A DNA stretch of 64,000 nt, from assembly GCA_030295235.1 (NCBI GenBank), contig AP026124.1, positions 124,001 to 188,000 of the forward strand, in the 5' to 3' direction. Under the pieces are notes generated by a model. The model saw only the letters and a program-made list of their open reading frames with translations, searched no databases and was not told the DNA's origin. This document shows positions 15,932 to 31,510 of the stretch, piece by piece; the stretch's first letter is position 1, and each line of letters starts with the position of its first letter. The stretch is from Fistulifera solaris (Eukaryota). The position numbers were made by a program, and so were the translations under genes.

Positions 15932-16549
15932 TGCTGCATTCGTTTTCGGAGCGATCCCTCACACTTATAGATTCAAATGTTAATCATCCCACGGGAAGCT
16001 AGACTATCTAATTTTCTTTTGAACTTTCATCGCTTCTTCTTATGCATTTGTTGCAGAGTCAGGGTGATCTCAGATACCACAGAAAATTATCGTCCCTCGA
16101 TCTGTATTCTGCGTGATCAAATCTAATCCGATTTCGGTCTACTGTCGCTGCTTGTTAAGCTGCTTTTATGTCCCTTCTCCCTTCTCGCTCGTCTTTGCCC
16201 TTTCCTTTTGTCTCTTTCTCAACGGAGTAATTGCAATGAAAAATGAAACACATGCATAGTTGCACGTTGCACGAGTCGATCCACAAACACATCATAAATC
16301 CAAAATTGCAGTCATCCGGCCCACAGGCCAAGCCATGAACTTTGTGTACACAAAACTTGACATCAGGTATCACAGGTCATAACAATGCCGGTTATTGGGC
16401 CATTCTTGCATCACGAAGTCACTGACACCAACATCGATGAAAAGTGAAACGATGTCAAAGCGTGATGAAAAACGGCAACGGCCAAAAATTTGGCGACCTC
16501 TCTCACCAAAACGATTCAACACCATTGGCTATCTAGCAAAGATATACCA

Positions 16550-17961
16550 ATGAAGGCAATCTACAGTTCAGTCTTTCTTTTTGTTCATTTAGCGTCAACA
16601 CAGACGCTAGAAAAGGTTGGAGATGTCTTTCCTATTCAGCTTCGTTCGAATGGAGTCTCCGACATCCAGGGAACGGATTCTCCGTTGGGCAAAACCTACG
16701 TCTTGACGCATCCTGGAGCCACGTACATCGCCTTGCACTTTTCTCAACTCAAATTACGGAAAGGTGATAGTATTGAAGTCAGTGACGCGGAAGGCGGTCA
16801 AGCTTACACTCTGACGGGGAGCGGCAGAGGAAACGGAGCCGCTTTCTGGTCACAACATATCAAGGGCGACACGATTGTGTTGAATACGGTGATCCAAAGT
16901 AGATTCTTTTGGCGAAGAAAAAGCGTCTTTGTGATTGATAAATATGCCGCTGGATTCGAAGCATTGACCGAAACAATTTGTGGAAGAGACAACAAGGAGA
17001 ATGCTATGTGTTATGCGTCATCCTTCCCAGAGGAATACAACAAATCGAGAGCCGTGGCGAGATTGTTGATCAACGGAAGCGGTCTTTGCACAGGGTTTCT
17101 TGTGTCAGAGTCGGGGCATTTGTTGACCAACCGACACTGTATCGAGTCTGCTTCGGACGCGCTCAACACCGACTACGAGTTCATGAGCGAAGCGCCGACT
17201 TGCGATTCTCCCAATTCACAGCTAGCTTACAAAGGAACCATTTATTCAGGCGCAACACTCATAAGCTACAGCTCATCCTTAGACTTTGCTCTGGTCCAAA
17301 TCAATAATGGCAATCCAGCGAGCTTATTCGGATATTTGGAATTAGACGATCAGTTAGCTGCTGTGGGGGTCAAATTTACATTCCTCAATACCCTTACGGC
17401 TGGGCAAAGCAATTGGCTATTTACAGTTCCCTGACTGTAGACGAAATCGACGGTTTCTGTCATATCAACAAACGCGGAACTTTCGATTCCTGTTCCAGCG
17501 GTTCCAACATCGACTTGTTCTACTATTGCGACACGGAAGGGGGCAGTTCTGGCTCGCCAATTATTTCGCGAGCAACAAACAAGGTGGTTGGCCTTCACAA
17601 GTGTGGCGGATGCTCCAGTGGCAATCACGCTACTAGTGCTCACCTTATTCGAAATCGAATAGTTCCGACCATTTCGCCGCCACCAGCTCCTGTGCCGGTG
17701 GCTCCGCCAGTTGAGACGCCAACGACACCAACCGCGCCTAGTCCTGTTCCTCTACCAGTTGAGACACCAACGACGCCGACTGCTCCTATGCCTGCTGAAC
17801 CAACAGCTCCTACTGTCACGGAAACCCCACCCGCTCCTGCACCGGTAGAAGCCCCGCCAGTACCTGCTCCGACACCAGTTTGCTTGAGAAGAAGGTCACG
17901 TTGTTCGTCGCATTCTAGATGCTGTAGCGGCTTTTGTAGGTCCAGTGGAAGATGCCGATAA
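16550..17961 (+). CDS. Serine protease copy 3 (frameshift in G run near 17365)
   Basis: TNRHC, LDFAL, GGSSGSP; PT/PE stalk; tip CLRRRSRCSSHSRCCSGFCRSSGRCR. Confidence 0.85.
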
Positions 17962-18893
17962 GCATGCGCATGGTATTTCATAGAAATGATAATAGATAAA
18001 CAATATTTTCACAGCGAAATATTTGATGTGAGTAGGAAGAGGCCCAGTCTTTGTGTGCTGTTTACTTTTAGCTCTTCTTGAGAACGAATCCTTATTTCTC
18101 ATCGAGAAAAGGATCATTGGCTACTGGAGCAACAATACCCGCGTATACTTTGTAAACCTCTCTAGATAATGGGTTTAAGAGTTCCGCGATGTGTAAACGA
18201 CATCACCCTCGTCCTCGACTGTTTTTTTTTTCTCTTCTCCCTAACTGGTCGACATTCGAAACATTTCTTGAAAGACGATGATTCCAAATGCAAGAAATTT
18301 CTCAAGATTAGAAGCATTGTGGAATCCTTTTTATTCGTAGACCTGGGTTGCAAGATTCTGTTGACGGAACGATAGTTCAAGATAACGGATGTTGTATTGT
18401 TGGCATTGGAAAGGATGAATGTTGTGAACAATGGTGTTTTGGTGCAAAGATCATTCCGTACTCGTGAACCATTTGTTCGCGGTCAACAATCATGAATAGT
18501 CCTCACTCAAACTGCCCTCTTGCCACAGTGCCATAAGTCATAATTGCAACATGCCCTGAGCCCTGATGACCGCGTAGTACATTATAGAACGTACAAAAGA
18601 AAGGGGTTAAATAAAGGAAAGGAATGTAAGTAGTAAAGGATATAATTACAATCTTGTTTGTTCTTATTCTTAGTCGTCGTTTCCGAAGCAACTACTTCTC
18701 GCCTAAGACTCGATTAGTCTGTTCAACATTGCGCTCGATACGTCTCTCTGTATACACGAAGTAAGCCTGTTTCGATTTGGACGATCGTTTGGCAAAGATT
18801 GGTTGCCAAGGTCTTGCAAACAAAAGTTTTGTGTCATAATTTCCAACTCGGGCAATAATCGTCAATTTATTTGGAAGCCTCATTGACATCAAT

Positions 18894-20578
18894 ATGATTG
18901 CTCTCTATCTACTTCTCTTTCTCTTCGGTCTATCGTCTGCTCAGACTGCAGAAAAGGTCGGCGATGTATTCCCAATTCAGTTCGTTTCGAAAGGAACCTC
19001 CGACGTTGTCGGAACCGACACGCCTCTGGGAAAACGATATGTGCTCACCCATCCTGGAGCTACCTACATTGCCTTGCATTTTTCCAGGCTTGCTTTAGTA
19101 AAAGGTGACGCGATTGAAGTGAGCGATGCCGACGGTGGACAAGCTTATACGCTCATTGAGAGTGGAAAGGGAAAGGAGCCGCTTTCTGGTCCCAGCATAT
19201 CAAAGGAGACACGATTGTGTTGAATATCTTCACTTCAGGTCGAAACCGAAGCTTCTTTGAGATTGACGAATATGCTGCTGGCTTCGAATCGTTCTTTGAG
19301 ACAATCTGTGGTATTGACGACAAAGCGAACGCGGCGTGCTATTCGTCGTCCTTCCCCAACGCATACAGCACTTCGCGGCCAGTGGCGAGGTTACTCATCA
19401 ACGGAAGGAATCTTTGCACGGGCTTTCTCGTTTCGGGGTCGAATCATTTGTTGACAAACAATCATTGTATCCAAAATACCACAGACGCGCTCAACACCGA
19501 CTACGAGTTCATGAGCGAAGCGCCCACGTGCGATTCCTTGAACTCACAGCTTTCGTACCGAGGAACCATTTTCGATGGCGCTACATTCATTCAGACCAAT
19601 GTTGCACTTGACTATACTTTGGTCCAGATAAACCTCGGGGAACCGGCGACTTTGTATGGCTTTTTGGAATTGGATGATCAACTAGCGGCCATTGGTGGGC
19701 AAGTGTACATTCCTCAACATGCCATGGGCAAAGCAAAACAATTGGCGATCTTCAGCACCGAGGCTGACGATGCCATTGATGGTTTCTGTCATATCAACAA
19801 GAGCGGCAATTACGGCTGCGGTGGAAGCGCTAGTTCGAATGTCTTTTATCTCTGCGATACGGAAGGAGGCAGTTCCGGTTCCCCTGTCATATCGATGGTG
19901 ACAAACAAGGTCGTGGGTCTTCACAAGTGTGGCGGATGCTCCAGTGGCAATCATGGAACTAGTGCGCACATCATCAGGAATGAAGTAGCGTCTATCATCC
20001 TCCCGCCTGCGACTCCTACGCCTGCCAATGCAGCGACTCCTATGCCCGTCATTGCGCCCACAATTGGTGTTCCTCCGCCAACTGCAGCGCCAGTTCCAGT
20101 CCCCGCTCCCGTCCCTGCTCCGGCCTCCATCGGAACAACAATTTCTCCTGTTTGTGGAGACGGGATTTGTGACATTTCTTCAGAAAACTGTGTGACTTGC
20201 CCTTCCGATTGCAATGGAGTTCAAGATGGAAAACCCGGTGCTCGTTTTTGCTGTGGTTGTGGAGGAATTAACCCGGTCGGATGCGCGAACTCGGCTTGCA
20301 ATAGCGGTGCGTTTTTCTGTAATACAAGTACGCAATGCACGGCGAGTGCTCCGGCACCGACACCCATCGCATCGCCTATTCAAGCCCCCACGCCTATCGC
20401 ATCTCCCATTCAGGCACCTGTCCCTGTGGCTTCGCCTGTTCAGGCACCGACACCCATCGCTTCACCTATTCAGGCACCGGTGAAGCCGCCCACATCTTGT
20501 TTGTCTTCCGGCACGCGCTGCATCTCAAACTCTGATTGCTGCGTCGGCGTTTGCAAGGGCAACGGAACATGCAAATAG
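18894..20578 (+). CDS. Serine protease copy 4 with an extra internal Cys-rich module (frameshift near 19170)
   Basis: Triad intact; module CGDGICD...ENCVTCPSDC...RFCCGCGG...C...C...C...C inside the stalk; APTPIASPIQ repeats; tip CLSSGTRCISNSDCCVGVCKGNGTCK. Confidence 0.85.
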
Positions 20579-21533
20579 CTCTATCTGTTGGAATCCATCT
20601 GACTTACAAGCAAACAAGTTTGCATGATTTCACAAACGGATCCGCCGCATCGATTGCAGGTCAACAATAAGAGCCCAGAAATTCATAAACTTTATTAACT
20701 GACAGTAGCTTTGTTCAATGTTCTAACGTTTGCTATCATGATTGTGCGCATCAGTGAGTTGAATGATGGTGATGATCAAGGGTAGATGGAATGCAGTTGA
20801 GCCGGTTGTTTCATGTTCTTAAAAGTTGAATTACCTGGTACGCAAGTTGCGAGTTGAGACGCTGCCAGGTACGGTACCGGTACCGGTTACCAGTTACCAG
20901 GTATGAACATGCACAACAAAAGAAAAGTGCACGGAACACAGAAGCACGGAGCGCGGCGGAGCAAACGACGGAAAATCGAAACGGAAACCAGAAACCACTA
21001 CGAAAACATTAGACACTCGATAATAGAGTACCTAGCTTTATATAAATTTTTGGTACAAAATACTATTTTACAAATAAAGTATCAACCCAATAATGAAGAC
21101 GAATTGTTCATGGAAAGATGGACTTAGTACTTTCAATGTGAACAAGAGCAGGGGTTAAATCTATGCTACGCAGTAGTTGAGTTCTGCTAAGGAGGAAGTT
21201 TGATACAGAATAGTAGAAATCGTGTTGTAAAAGTCTCAACGACTTAAAAATTTTACTTAACGTGTCGAGTACCGGGTAACGTGTTAGTGACATTCGGCCC
21301 TCAACACACTGCCAAAATTCAAATTTAGCTTCATTTTCGATCACGAACATCGAACAACCACATCTACAATCTTCCCTCTTGGCATTCAATTCATGTCAGC
21401 TTATTACAAGATTGCTAAACAAATAACCAATGCAGCACCACGTGCGCCGCGTATCCCTCATATGATTGATAATAGAAAAACGTCCGGCATTGCTAGCTTC
21501 TCGTCATTTCCTCAACAACTTGCACTATCCTGA

Positions 21534-22973
<1,440 letters not shown>

Positions 22974-23161
22974 TTCTATTGTTATTTGAATACACATACA
23001 AAAACATGAGTCTATACGATGAAATGATGGTATGTTTGTTCTATAATAATTCCTAAGTTAGTTCTACACCGGCGATCCATCGCACCTGAACTTCTAAACA
23101 AAAATTGTGCCTACGTAAAGTTTACTTCCACATCGAAGCAAACTAAAGGCCAGTGGGACCC

Positions 23162-24705
23162 TTACTTGGGGTCCATTATGGACGCTAGAGCAGCGCCAGT
23201 TGCAACAGCGGCACCAAAAGTCGCGAAGAAAAATGGCGTCCGCTTTCTCTTTTGTTCCTTTTTTCTCTGTTCTTCCATTTCTTCGCGTTTCAATTTGTCG
23301 CGTTTGTTCTTTTCAGCTATTCGTTTCGCAAATTCTTCTGGTAATACGGACGAATGGTGATGAACTATTTTCCATAAGCCATTTTCGTAGGCGTAAACGA
23401 ACGAGTATCGAGCAACGGCTTTCGAGCCATCCGCTCCCATGGTGAATTCATATATCCCCGTATCTTGAGCCCAATTGGCTCCGACTGTAATTCTTCCTCC
23501 CACAATCTCTGCCCGCGGAAGAAACTCCAAAAATGTGTCGTAATACTCTCTAATTTCGTCGGGCGTGACACGCGGTGGACCGGATATCGTTGGAATAAAA
23601 CTCGCTTTGGAGGAATAAAGATCAATGACTCTGGAGGAATCCAGTGTCGCCAGAGCCCTGTTCCATTGATCAAAGAGAGCCCGTACCTGTTGTGGATTGA
23701 TCCGATTGGCGACAACACCATCTTCTGGCATGATTGACGAATGATGATGAGCAATTTTCCACCGCCCGTTCGTATATATATAGATGAACGAGAATCGACC
23801 TCGTAGCCTCTCACCCGTAGCCTGGAACACGAATTCGTATATCCCACTGTCTTTGGCCCAATTCGTGCCGATGTGGACGTTTGAGCAAAGAATTTGACAT
23901 TGCGGTCGTAGACGGAGAAAAGCACGATAGTAGTTGCGTATGCTGTTCGGGTTGGTCAAAGGCGCATCGGATGCGGTCGGAAGTACGACGGCATCTTCGG
24001 TATATCGGTTTAACACGGCTTCCGCATCTCCTATAATCAACGCATCATTCCACAAATTAAAAAGATTGCGAACTTGAGCCTCCGAAATGCGTTGCTCGAC
24101 GACGACTGATTCGGGCATGAAGGATGAATGATGATTGAGAATTTTCCATGCTCCGTTTTCTTTGACGTAAAAGAACGAATAACGGGCCATCATACTCGTC
24201 CCATTATCCAAGAATTTGAATTCATAAATTCCTACATCCTTGGCCCATCCATCTCCTATTTTAATCCGTCCTCCGACAATTTCGGCTTGCGGTTTCCGTC
24301 GTAGAAAAATGTCAAAATAGTCGATAATACTTTGCGTGGTATTGCGGGGTTCGTCGCGAATGGTAGGAATGAGAATAGCTTCACTCGAATAGCACGCCGC
24401 GACTTTTTTGGCATTCCCGGTAATCAACGCTTGATTCCATTTATCAAATAGCTTTCGAATTTCTTCAGGGGAATTTGGTTTGACCTTTTCCACCAATCGG
24501 GCATATTGAAGGAGGCTAAACGACCAAATGAATTCTCCGTGACAGCACTATATATTGTAGTGATGGGAGATCGATGTATTGCGAAAGAATGACCATGTAT
24601 CCATGATTGTGTAATTTGTGTCGGCGATAAGAACGCCACGGTAAATTGGACCGTCCACAACACACATGAAGCACAGTAGAGCGAATATGACAGCGATCTT
24701 TTCAT
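23162..24705 (-). CDS. Iota-class carbonic anhydrase (LCIP63/COG4875, SnoaL/NTF2-like fold), 3 domains, bipartite presequence and C-terminal hydrophobic tail; frameshift near 24497
   Basis: Three repeats of LFxxWNxAL...PT...R...Y(F/Y)xxFL...GIYEF...RYSF...W.I.HHSS. N-terminus ...VQFTVA-FLSP. C-terminus FFFATFGAAVATGAALASIM. Confidence 0.8.
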
Positions 24706-24878
24706 CTCGAACTCGTCAATGCGCGACGGTAATAATGTTTTTATTCTTTAAATCATGGGCGTCTCTCTTTCCAGGAGTTAAATGAATGTTAGAACACAGT
24801 GACACCTTTGTTTTCCATATCTGTCTCTCCCTGACCTACTGTACAACTGCGAGGAAAAGTTGCCCCGCATAGCCCGCA

Positions 24879-25330
24879 TCTCACGTATCGACGGACAGAA
24901 ACAGAAATTCTGTCAACCAAGTCGCTACGTTTCGCAACAACAGAAGAGGAAGTATCTGGTAGAGCTAAGACGATAAACAGTCAAAGTTTTCCAAACAACA
25001 ATATTATGAAGCCTTTACAAATCCGACAAATGAACAAGGTGGAATCTCACTGGGTGATGGTTCCGCCGAGAATGTCACTGCCATCGGACTAGGTCTTGTT
25101 TTATCTTGAAATTCTGAGCTCACGTATGTGGCTCTAACATTCTTGTATCGCGTTGCTTGCAAACCTTTCACGCCTTCACGATCAACCCAAATCGTGCAAA
25201 GACCCTTGGGCCTCGCCCAAGAGGTTACACTCCTGATGCTTCCGATTTGGGGATCGGAATTCGCATTAGGTCGTGCGGCCATATTGGCTGAGTCCCTAGT
25301 AGTCTGCCCGCTATCCGCATTTCCGTGACA
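24879..25330 (-). repeat. 3' LTR (452 bp); polypurine tract GAGAGGGAG immediately upstream at 25331-25339
   Basis: Matches 31526-31977 with no difference found by eye. Confidence 0.95.
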
Positions 25331-28300
25331 CTCCCTCTCAGACGAAGAGGGACCACTTTCAACCCAACCCATTAACTTGTCTCGAAGATAGGTAAATGTT
25401 TCCCTAGGCAATCCTTTCGTCATGATATCCGCGAAGCTGTTCTTTAGTGTCAATCTTGTTGATTTTCAATTCACCACTTTGAACATGTTGTCGGAAGAAA
25501 TGATACTTCGTGCCGTAGTGCTTCGAGCGAGGGGTCATCCGCGGAATCGTAGCAAGAGTGAGCTCCATTGTTGTCTTCAAATACATCCGAATGGGCAATG
25601 CTCTCGACTTGGTCTTCTCCAGTAATAGCCTTAGCAACAGCAGTAACAAGTCTTCGCATCGGCAAAACATCGCGCATGGCGGTACTCAATGCGACATATT
25701 CACTCTCCATTGTACTTAGAGAGCTTTCAGACTGTAGCTTCGATACCCAAAGTAGGGGGCAATTGCCGAGCGTCAAAATATAACCAGTACGCGACTTCAC
25801 ACTTATCGGATCTTCAGGATCTTCAGCACCCCACAATCCGGCAAAGTCGGCATCAACAAAACAATCAATTTTCAACTCTTTCGTCGGACGCATCACCAAA
25901 CCACGATCTGCCGTTCCTTTTAAATAGCGGACGATTCTCTTGATCGCTTTAGCATGACTTTGTCTTGGCGAATGAGTGAAACGAAAGCACTGATGGACGG
26001 CAAATGCAATATCCGGTCGAGAGTTTGACGACAAGTAGAGCAACATTCCAACAACCGAAGCATAATTCCAAGATTCGGCAAATGCAGCACCAGCCAAATC
26101 TTTTCCCAATGGCTTGTTTTCAGCAGGCGTGTCGCAAGAATTACAATCAGCCATGTCGGTGGCTTCGATGACGCGTTTAATGAGACCTTTCTGGGTCAAC
26201 TCGATAGTATCTCCACGACGGGTAAACTGAATTCCCAAGAACGCGGAAACATCTTTCGACTCCACAGTTAAAGTTAAAACCTTGTCAATAGTGTCAATCA
26301 TGTCATCCATGCACTTTTCATCGAGACTGAACCAAAGGCAATCATCGACATAAGTCAAACAAATAATTTTCTCGCACGAACAGGCAAGCATCGATGTCGA
26401 CCAACTGTTTGAAACCATGCTTCTCCAAAGTGTCCTTCAATAAGTTGAAGAATCGGAGAGGACTGTCGGACTTGCCGTGAAAGCGTCTTTTGGAGCATCA
26501 AAACAGTATCTTCGCCATCGTCGTGAAATCCTTGAGGCATCTCGATGTAGCACTCTTCAGTAGGTGGCAAAGGAGCTTGAGCGAACGCATTGACATAATC
26601 AACTTGGCGGGTATGCATTCCGTGGACGATGGACATAATTAACAGCAACCGAACTGTGGACCACTGTACGACAGGAGAGTAGGACTCGAAGTAGTCTACT
26701 CCTTTTATCTCCATGTCGCCACGAACGCAAAATCTCGCCTTGTACTTCGTGGGTGTCCCATCCGGTGAACGTTTAAGCCGAAACGCCCAAGTGGATTTTA
26801 TCACGCGCTTATTCGCAGGTACTGAAGCTCGCGGAATTTTCTTCCACGTCCCCATCATCTCCAACATTCGAATTTCTTTCACCATCGCCTCTTGCCATTC
26901 TCGATATTCGGCAGACGACATTGCTTGATGATACATTGGATAGTCGGGATCGGAACCTTTCTTTGGCTTCTTTGCACGCTGCATAGCGGCGAAAGCAACA
27001 GGGTCGCGCAAATCAAACTCGCCGATCTCCCGAATCCCAACAAGCAACAAGGCCGGAATGAATCGACGCAATAAAGGAGAAAGTTTGGCGAGGAATCGGG
27101 CGCAAGAACAACCGGAAGCAACGTTTGTAATGAATTCGTTGAATCTCTTTGGAGCACGTCTCTCGCGAGTGGATCGGCGAGGTTCGGCAGGAACAGCTGG
27201 TGTCTTCTTCCGCGGCGAACTTGATGGAGGCTTGGCATCCACAGCAACCTTTGGAGCAGGAATCGGCTCAACCGGCTTTGAAATAGGCTCAGATAATTTA
27301 ACAGGAGTAGTAACTGTCTTTTGTTCTGGCTCCCTCTGCAATGTAGGCTCGTTTGAACTCTTTTCAGTTGTAGGCTCGGCATCGGTTCGTAATCGCTGGT
27401 GCACTTTGTCGAAATCAACTGGAGGGCTAGCAGTGTCTTGGACGCTTCGAATTTTGCGAGATCGCTCTTGAATTCGAACATGCAACTCATCTTGACTCAA
27501 CCATTCATCATCCAAGTCGATCGGATCATCCTCATCGAAAAATACCTGAAAGCGAGATGATGCGAAGATGTCGGCCCAAGTCTCCGGATCGACAGAATCA
27601 TCCTCATTAACGACATTCAAACAGTGGCAAACCAATCATCAACAACAACATGGAACTGCGCGGAAATCCGGTTTGTTTCTAGGTTCAGAACGACAGGAAC
27701 ATTCGATGCATGCCGCTTTGACAAACCCAAGAAAACGCCCGCTCTCGAGCGAGGTTCAAATTTCGAATCTTGTGCCCATCTTGCAACTGAGGGTTCAAAA
27801 TATAAGCGGGTGATCCCCATACATGCATATCAGCAAACACTTTCCGATCGGTCGTTGTTCTGAAGATCATATCAGCCGGAGATGAATTATTTTCGCCCGG
27901 GTCCGTAGTTGAAATTTTGAACGACATAATCGATCGCCTGAGGCCACAAATCCGAAGAAATCGCTTTCGGCCAACGCAGTTTAGCATGTAGCATCGTGGT
28001 GCGTGCGAGAGATATAATACTTCCGATCGCTGTCAGCAACAGCATTTTGGTGGTGAGCACCAGGTCCACTGAGAGTCATCGACTGGTAGTTCGTATCAAT
28101 TTGCTTTGCGAACTCCTGCGCCGTAAACGTGCCATTGTCAGTATGATATTGGACCACCGTGATGCCGTGATTAGCCATTGCACTTTCGAACTCCAACTTG
28201 GCGCCAAAGCCCTCGCCAGCAGTAAAATTCAAAACGTGAACGACATACACGAAGCCACTTGCATGATCGACAAAAATAACACCGCCTTTGAACTTCTCAT

Positions 28301-31300
28301 CATCCTTGGTACCACCGAAACCAGAGTAGAGACGACCTCTCGTTGAAACAGAGAAGTGATCCATTGAAACCTTCTGGCCCGGAATTAAAATATCCTTCGA
28401 GAGAACTTTGGATTGGCGATCGACGGTCAATTTCGCTCCAGTCGACTTGCGCTTTCCTTTTCCATACATACAAGCAGCGACTTGGGAATATCACAACGCC
28501 GCCGCTTTGACTTCAGCAGAATTTCCGAGAGCGCCGGTTTTGAGCAAGGCTTGAATATTTTTCATGCTTCGGTGAACAAATCGGAAATGTAAGCGAAGAA
28601 GAAATTTCTGTGCTTCACTCAAGTTTTGATTCTCAGCCGCGGTCACACAGTTTCGAATCTTTGCAGCATTGAGAGCAACAGATTGTTTTCGGAACATCTC
28701 CAGAGTAGGCAAGTTGTTTTCCGGAGAGTAAACAATATCAAGAAAGTGGCCGTCCAACAGATCGACATGAATGAGGCTCGAGTCGCCTGAAAAACGCGGT
28801 TCGTCGTTTCGTTGCGCCTTCACCAATTGACAGTAGGACTGTGGGCTGAAGAGTCGGATATTGGCATCGGGCACATGTAATCCAGGGACCCGAAAAGTAA
28901 AGCCCTTGCCGTTGGACAGAGTAACAGTCCACTCAAGAGTGCCCGTGCCGGCAATCGAAGAACCTGCAGCAAAGCCAGACAAAACTTTATCGCCAGTAGT
29001 CGGAGTGTAGGACGTGAAGTCAGCACGGTCGAAAGTAACAGCAACTGTGGCTCCAGTATCCCAAATAACCGGAAACAGATCCGCCATGGTAGGCTTTCCA
29101 GCGACATGCACTTGATGCAAAGCAGGGAGGGCATAAATAGACGGGGGCAGCTTCGCGTACGGTGCAAAGTAGGCTTTAGAGTTGTCTACACTATTATCTC
29201 CCTCTCGAAGCAACATCGTCTCACTTTCACTAGCAGCTCCCTCTGGAAAGAAATGCCCAGTGGGATAGCAAAACAGAAGAGAGTCGTCCAGTAGGTTCCA
29301 AGGCTTAGGATGCCCGTTCGGGCGGACACGATAAATCTAAAGACTCGGTACACAAATGGCCATTGCTGTCAATCATATCCGGAAGCTCCAAGGCCCAACG
29401 AGGAATCGCTTCAAGTCTTCGACGACGTTTGCTCCTCTCGCAGTTTCCGACAAAACGATTTTGCTTGCGACGCCGAAAAACACCATCCTCACCATGCTGA
29501 CAAGACGAATCTTTTGAAGATGAAGAAGGATCAGGAGGTCGGCTTAAACGTCGGCTGCGATCACTTGGATGAAACTGGTAGCGGCCATGCCAGGCGGGCA
29601 CCAAGTTAACTCCATAAACAACACCGGGGGGCGCCGAAGCGTCACTCGCCACATGCTCGTCATGATCGGAAGAAAGAACCATGAAACGACACGGAGAGAG
29701 ATGAGACGCTCGGGCAAAGGGCGTGAATCGCGGCCGAAGACCAAGAGAGCGACGATGAGCGGCACTTTGGGCACGCAACCACTTCGAGATGGTCGCAGCA
29801 ACACGGAAATGACGCCACCAAGAAAAGCACTCCACAATCAACCAGCAAAGAATAAAATGCTTCGGCCGAAAGCTCCAACGATAAACGACCGATAAATATG
29901 GACAAAAGGCTCAGGAAGGGACCTCGATCGAAGGTTCACCTTCCCTGCCGATTTCCTATTCGAATCGCTGTCGGAACCCCAACAGAACTGCAAGGGTGCC
30001 GTCCAAGCTTGAGCAACATTAGCGGCAGGAGCGGCGGGCTTGGCATCAGCGGGCTTCTCTTCTTTGCTCTTGTGCTCGTCGGTTCCATGAGTCTGGTTCC
30101 AACGCTTGCACTTGGGCGCCAATAATAGAAAGTCTTGCCGTACTTGGTCATGGTGGTGGGCTCGCCGTCCTTCGGCGATGCGAGTCCAACGAAGTTTCGG
30201 TCGAACCACCGCTTTTTCTGCCATCACCACCGCTAGCCTTCGGAGCAGCCTTGTCTTTGTTCGCCTTCTTGTCTTTGGTCTTCGAGGGAGGCAGTTTTAG
30301 TGCCGTTCGACTCGAATTTCGACTTGAGGGTCTTGAACTCGGCTTTGAGACTCTTGATAGCCGCAGTATTAGCACTAACATCAGTAGCAACTCCTTTAGC
30401 CGGTCCCCAATCGTCCTTCAGGGTGCTGTAGAAATCTTTAGCTTCATGGAGAATGCGGCGATAGTTTGTATAACCGCTCATCCTTTCAGCAACTTCCTTC
30501 GACTTTCCGGCAGAGAGACGCACAAAGTCGGAGAGAGATGCCAACTTCGTGTGCCAGTGAACACGGAACGCCGACCGAACATTTGCACAGCTGCTGCTGC
30601 AAAATAATCAAGTGGTCGCGAGGGAGCTGGTCATTAGCTTCCAACTCCTGCAAAGTCTCCATCTGCGCATTCGCCCAAGCAGCAACATTCTCACCGGGAG
30701 TTTCAACCAACGTGCGCTTCGTGAACTCCTCTCCGAGCTCTGAGACACGGCCGAAATGCGTTGGGAAGAACTTCTTCGGTGATTTTCATCCAAACCAAAG
30801 GGCCAAAGCGCTGCATGGCCGGAACTCAAGGAAGTACGAATCGCGGCGCTGGAAGGAGCGCTCCAACGAGTTGAGCAGAAAAGCAGCCGAATCGCTTAGC
30901 GAGTTGATCATGTACTGATCAAAGACACCGGACTTGATCATGTCTTCGAGATGCTTCGCGACTTCGCCGAAAGTGAACTTGCCATGGTACACGAAGAGAT
31001 CGATGACACGACTGAGATCAGCAGGATCATTCATGTAGAACGGCGACGAGACCATGCGTAATACAATGGTTGAACGCTTCATCCGCGAGCTCAACAAGGC
31101 GGTAGTCATTCGCAGTAGGACTGAACTTGGGGTCGAGACCGGCGATGCGATCCTTAAAACTTTTCTCAGCGCGATAAGGATTCGGATCTCGGAAGCAGTA
31201 GGGCTCGCAGGCACAAGGTTAACACTCGCGAGTAAAGTTTGCATCCGGAGGACCACCAATAGCTGGGATAGAACCTTGAACAAGGCCGAACTTTGGCGCG

Positions 31301-31425
31301 AGAACGGGCTCGGAAAAAGTGGCCTGAACATCCTTTTCGACTTTTGCGCTTGGTGAAACTGCGAGGCGAGTACCGGCGGTCACCGGAGGAGGTTTCCTGT
31401 CATCAGTTTCGCTATCGGAAGACAT
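25331..31425 (-). CDS. gag-pol polyprotein, broken into many frames
   Basis: Gag starts MSSDSETDD at 31425. PR in ORF 28491-29216, IN in 27617-28469, RT in 26355-27635, RT/RNase H in 25471-26418 and 25004-25453. Confidence 0.85.
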
Positions 31426-31510
31426 ATCGCGAATAACGAAAGACGACAAAAAGGGAGTAAGTAGGGCACGTGTATCAAACAACTGCAAAGACTGTACCAG
31501 ATAGTGTGAA

